From Pseudothermotoga sp. (lineage in GTDB: Bacteria > Thermotogota > Thermotogae > Thermotogales > DSM-5069), in assembly GCA_041640575.1 (NCBI GenBank), contig JBEPZZ010000004.1, positions 76,117-94,275 on the forward strand: a stretch of DNA of 18,159 nucleotides, given 5' to 3'. A program made the translations under genes and the position numbers. The notes under the pieces are model-generated. The model did not search any database and had not been told where the DNA came from. It was given only the letters and a program-made list of their open reading frames with translations. This document shows, piece by piece, positions 16,270-18,159 of the stretch (within the stretch, counting starts at the first letter, position 1; the number at the start of each line of letters is the position of its first letter).

Positions 16270-18159
16270 TCAATCTTTGTACATTACAAATGCACTAAGA
16301 GGAGCCAATCTGACCTTTCCTTGAAGTTCATAAAGCACGCTTGTTCCTGCATTTTGATCGTCTACGACCACTTTCCACGTACCATGTGGCAATTCAAATT
16401 CGATTTCCGTTACGTTTCCGTTGTAGATTACCAGTATATTTTTCCATTCGTCACCGTTCGCGTGGTCCTTTATTTGGAAAGCCACTATTTTCCTTGGAGT
16501 TTCTAGGAATTCTATATGACGTTTGATTTGTTCAGCTGTTCTCATTCTAAAGGCCGGATGAGTTTTGCGAAGTTCTATCAACCCTTTATGATACTGGAAG
16601 ACATCTATGAACTCGAGTTTTCTGGAATAATCCAGAGCATTCAAAGAAAGTGGAGCATTGTAGGAGTTTCCGTTGAAATTCTTCGTTCTACAGAAATCTT
16701 GTCCAGCATGCAAGAAAGGTACACCTTGACTTGTGAGAATTATAGCAGCACCAAGCTTTTGAGCATTCTTCAACTCATCTTGTGTCCAGGTTTTTGTTTT
16801 ATCGAGTTGAGTTGCTAAGACGTTTTTATCCCAAAAAGTATGATTATCATGAGATTCAATGTAGTTAATTGTCTGTTCTGGGCTAGAAGCAAAATCTAGG
16901 ATTAGTTTGTTGTCATAATTTATGCTTCCAACAACACCTCTTTTTATTCTTGTTTCCCTACCAATGGCACCAAGAGCAAAGCCTTTAATAGATACATCGA
17001 AAACTGAACCCCTTATGGCATCTCTTATGCCATCGTTAAATGCAGCTATCCTTGTTTCGCCTATGTTTTGTTTTCCAAACCTTGGACTAACTCCTAATCC
17101 ACCCCAAGGCTCACCATAAATGATTACACTGGGGTTTATTTGCCTCAAAGTCTCTTCTACGAGTAACATGGTTTCCTTGTCTATTAATCCCATTTGGTCA
17201 AATCTGAATCCATCAACGTGGTATTCTTTAGCCCACCAGCTAACTGCATCCAGAATGAGCTTTCTCATCATGACTCTCTCACTTGCAGTTGTGTTTCCAC
17301 AACCACTTTCATTTACATGCTGACCCATTCGGTCTATTCGATAATAATAGTAAGGAACTGCTTGATCTAGAGGAGAAAGCTCTCCGACACCAAAGGTGTG
17401 TGGAAAGACCACATCTAAAATGACTCCTATCCCGTTTTCGTGCATGGTTTTAATCATCTGCTTGACCTCGACAATTCTTTGGTATGGGTCAGCTGGATTA
17501 AGACTGTACATACCCTCTGGACACATGTACAGGTATGGATCGTATCCCCAGTTGTAGCGATTTTCGAAATCCCTTGTGAACTCATCTCCGGAGTAGAAAT
17601 CGTAAATCGGAAGTATATGAACATGTGTTATTCCCAGCTCTTTCAAATGTGCTAATCCTGTTGTTACACCACTTGGTCCAACGGTGTTATCCTCGGTCAA
17701 GCCAATGTATGAAGCTTTATTCTGTACTCCACTTGTTGGCGATCCTGTCATATCGGCTACATGAATTTCGTAGATTATTGCATCTACGTAGGACTCAAGT
17801 GTTACATACTGATCGTTGTTCCAGCCATTCGGGTTGGTTTTTGAAAAATCCACAATGGCACTGTACTTTCCTGCGATCGAAACAGCCTTTGAATAAGGAT
17901 CGACGCCTTCTCTAATCTTTCCGTAACTGTTATATCTGTATCGATAGAAAAATCCATCAAGGTCTCCTTCAACCTTTGCGTACCAAACACCTTTGTTTGC
18001 TCGCTGCATCTGAATGATTTTGTAAGGTTCATCATTCTCGTTTGGTAATCTGTATGGATTTTTGTCATTTGGCTTGTACAAAATCAGCTCAACGTTCTTG
18101 CTAACTGGGGACCAAACTCGAAATTCTGTATAAATTGGTGTATACAAGCATCCAAGTGG
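16270..18159 (-). CDS. pulA: Type I pullulanase (GH13), 5' part outside window
   Basis: Type I signature YNWGYDP; GH13 regions DVVFPH, GFRFDQMG, YGEPW and YIESHDN; CBM48-like FRVWSP. The frame stays open to the window edge (PLGCLYTP...), so the TTG at 18147 is not the true start. Confidence 0.96.
   Translation of the reverse strand, partial: PLGCLYTPIYTEFRVWSPVSKNVELILYKPNDKNPYRLPNENDEPYKIIQMQRANKGVWYAKVEGDLDGFFYRYRYNSYGKIREGVDPYSKAVSIAGKYSAIVDFSKTNPNGWNNDQYVTLESYVDAIIYEIHVADMTGSPTSGVQNKASYIGLTEDNTVGPSGVTTGLAHLKELGITHVHILPIYDFYSGDEFTRDFENRYNWGYDPYLYMCPEGMYSLNPADPYQRIVEVKQMIKTMHENGIGVILDVVFPHTFGVGELSPLDQAVPYYYYRIDRMGQHVNESGCGNTTASERVMMRKLILDAVSWWAKEYHVDGFRFDQMGLIDKETMLLVEETLRQINPSVIIYGEPWGGLGVSPRFGKQNIGETRIAAFNDGIRDAIRGSVFDVSIKGFALGAIGRETRIKRGVVGSINYDNKLILDFASSPEQTINYIESHDNHTFWDKNVLATQLDKTKTWTQDELKNAQKLGAAIILTSQGVPFLHAGQDFCRTKNFNGNSYNAPLSLNALDYSRKLEFIDVFQYHKGLIELRKTHPAFRMRTAEQIKRHIEFLETPRKIVAFQIKDHANGDEWKNILVIYNGNVTEIEFELPHGTWKVVVDDQNAGTSVLYELQGKVRLAPLSAFVMYKD

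Noticed and set aside
18145..18147. TTG at 18147 as the pullulanase start
   Set aside because: The frame is open to the window edge and the sequence here corresponds to the internal CBM48-like region, so the gene is truncated by the window.

Overview
Gene-dense, AT-rich bacterial chromosomal segment with no mobile elements, RNA genes or CRISPR arrays visible. Protein sequences and gene order resemble Thermotogota (Thermotoga/Pseudothermotoga-like); this is an inference, not a search result. On the + strand, the distal F1Fo ATP synthase operon (atpF 3' end, atpH, A, G, D, C) runs directly into an unlisted 53-aa two-helix membrane ORF, a 215-aa membrane protein, long-form HPF and an RNase E/G. 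These converge with zero gap on a minus-strand flaG-fliD pair that has a sigma28-type promoter. A secreted TolB-like/PD40 beta-propeller gene diverges from flaG. The rest is one long minus-strand run: type I pullulanase (5'-truncated), SRPBCC protein, Fe-dependent alcohol dehydrogenase, FmdB zinc-ribbon, methylmalonyl-CoA epimerase, carboxyltransferase, OadG/MmdD-like anchor, biotin carrier and CheW. Most content is recognisable housekeeping or metabolism. The best leads are the two unexplained membrane genes coupled to the atp operon, the beta-subunit-less Na+-decarboxylase module ending in CheW, and the compact divergent flaG/TolB-like control region with a tandem repeat.
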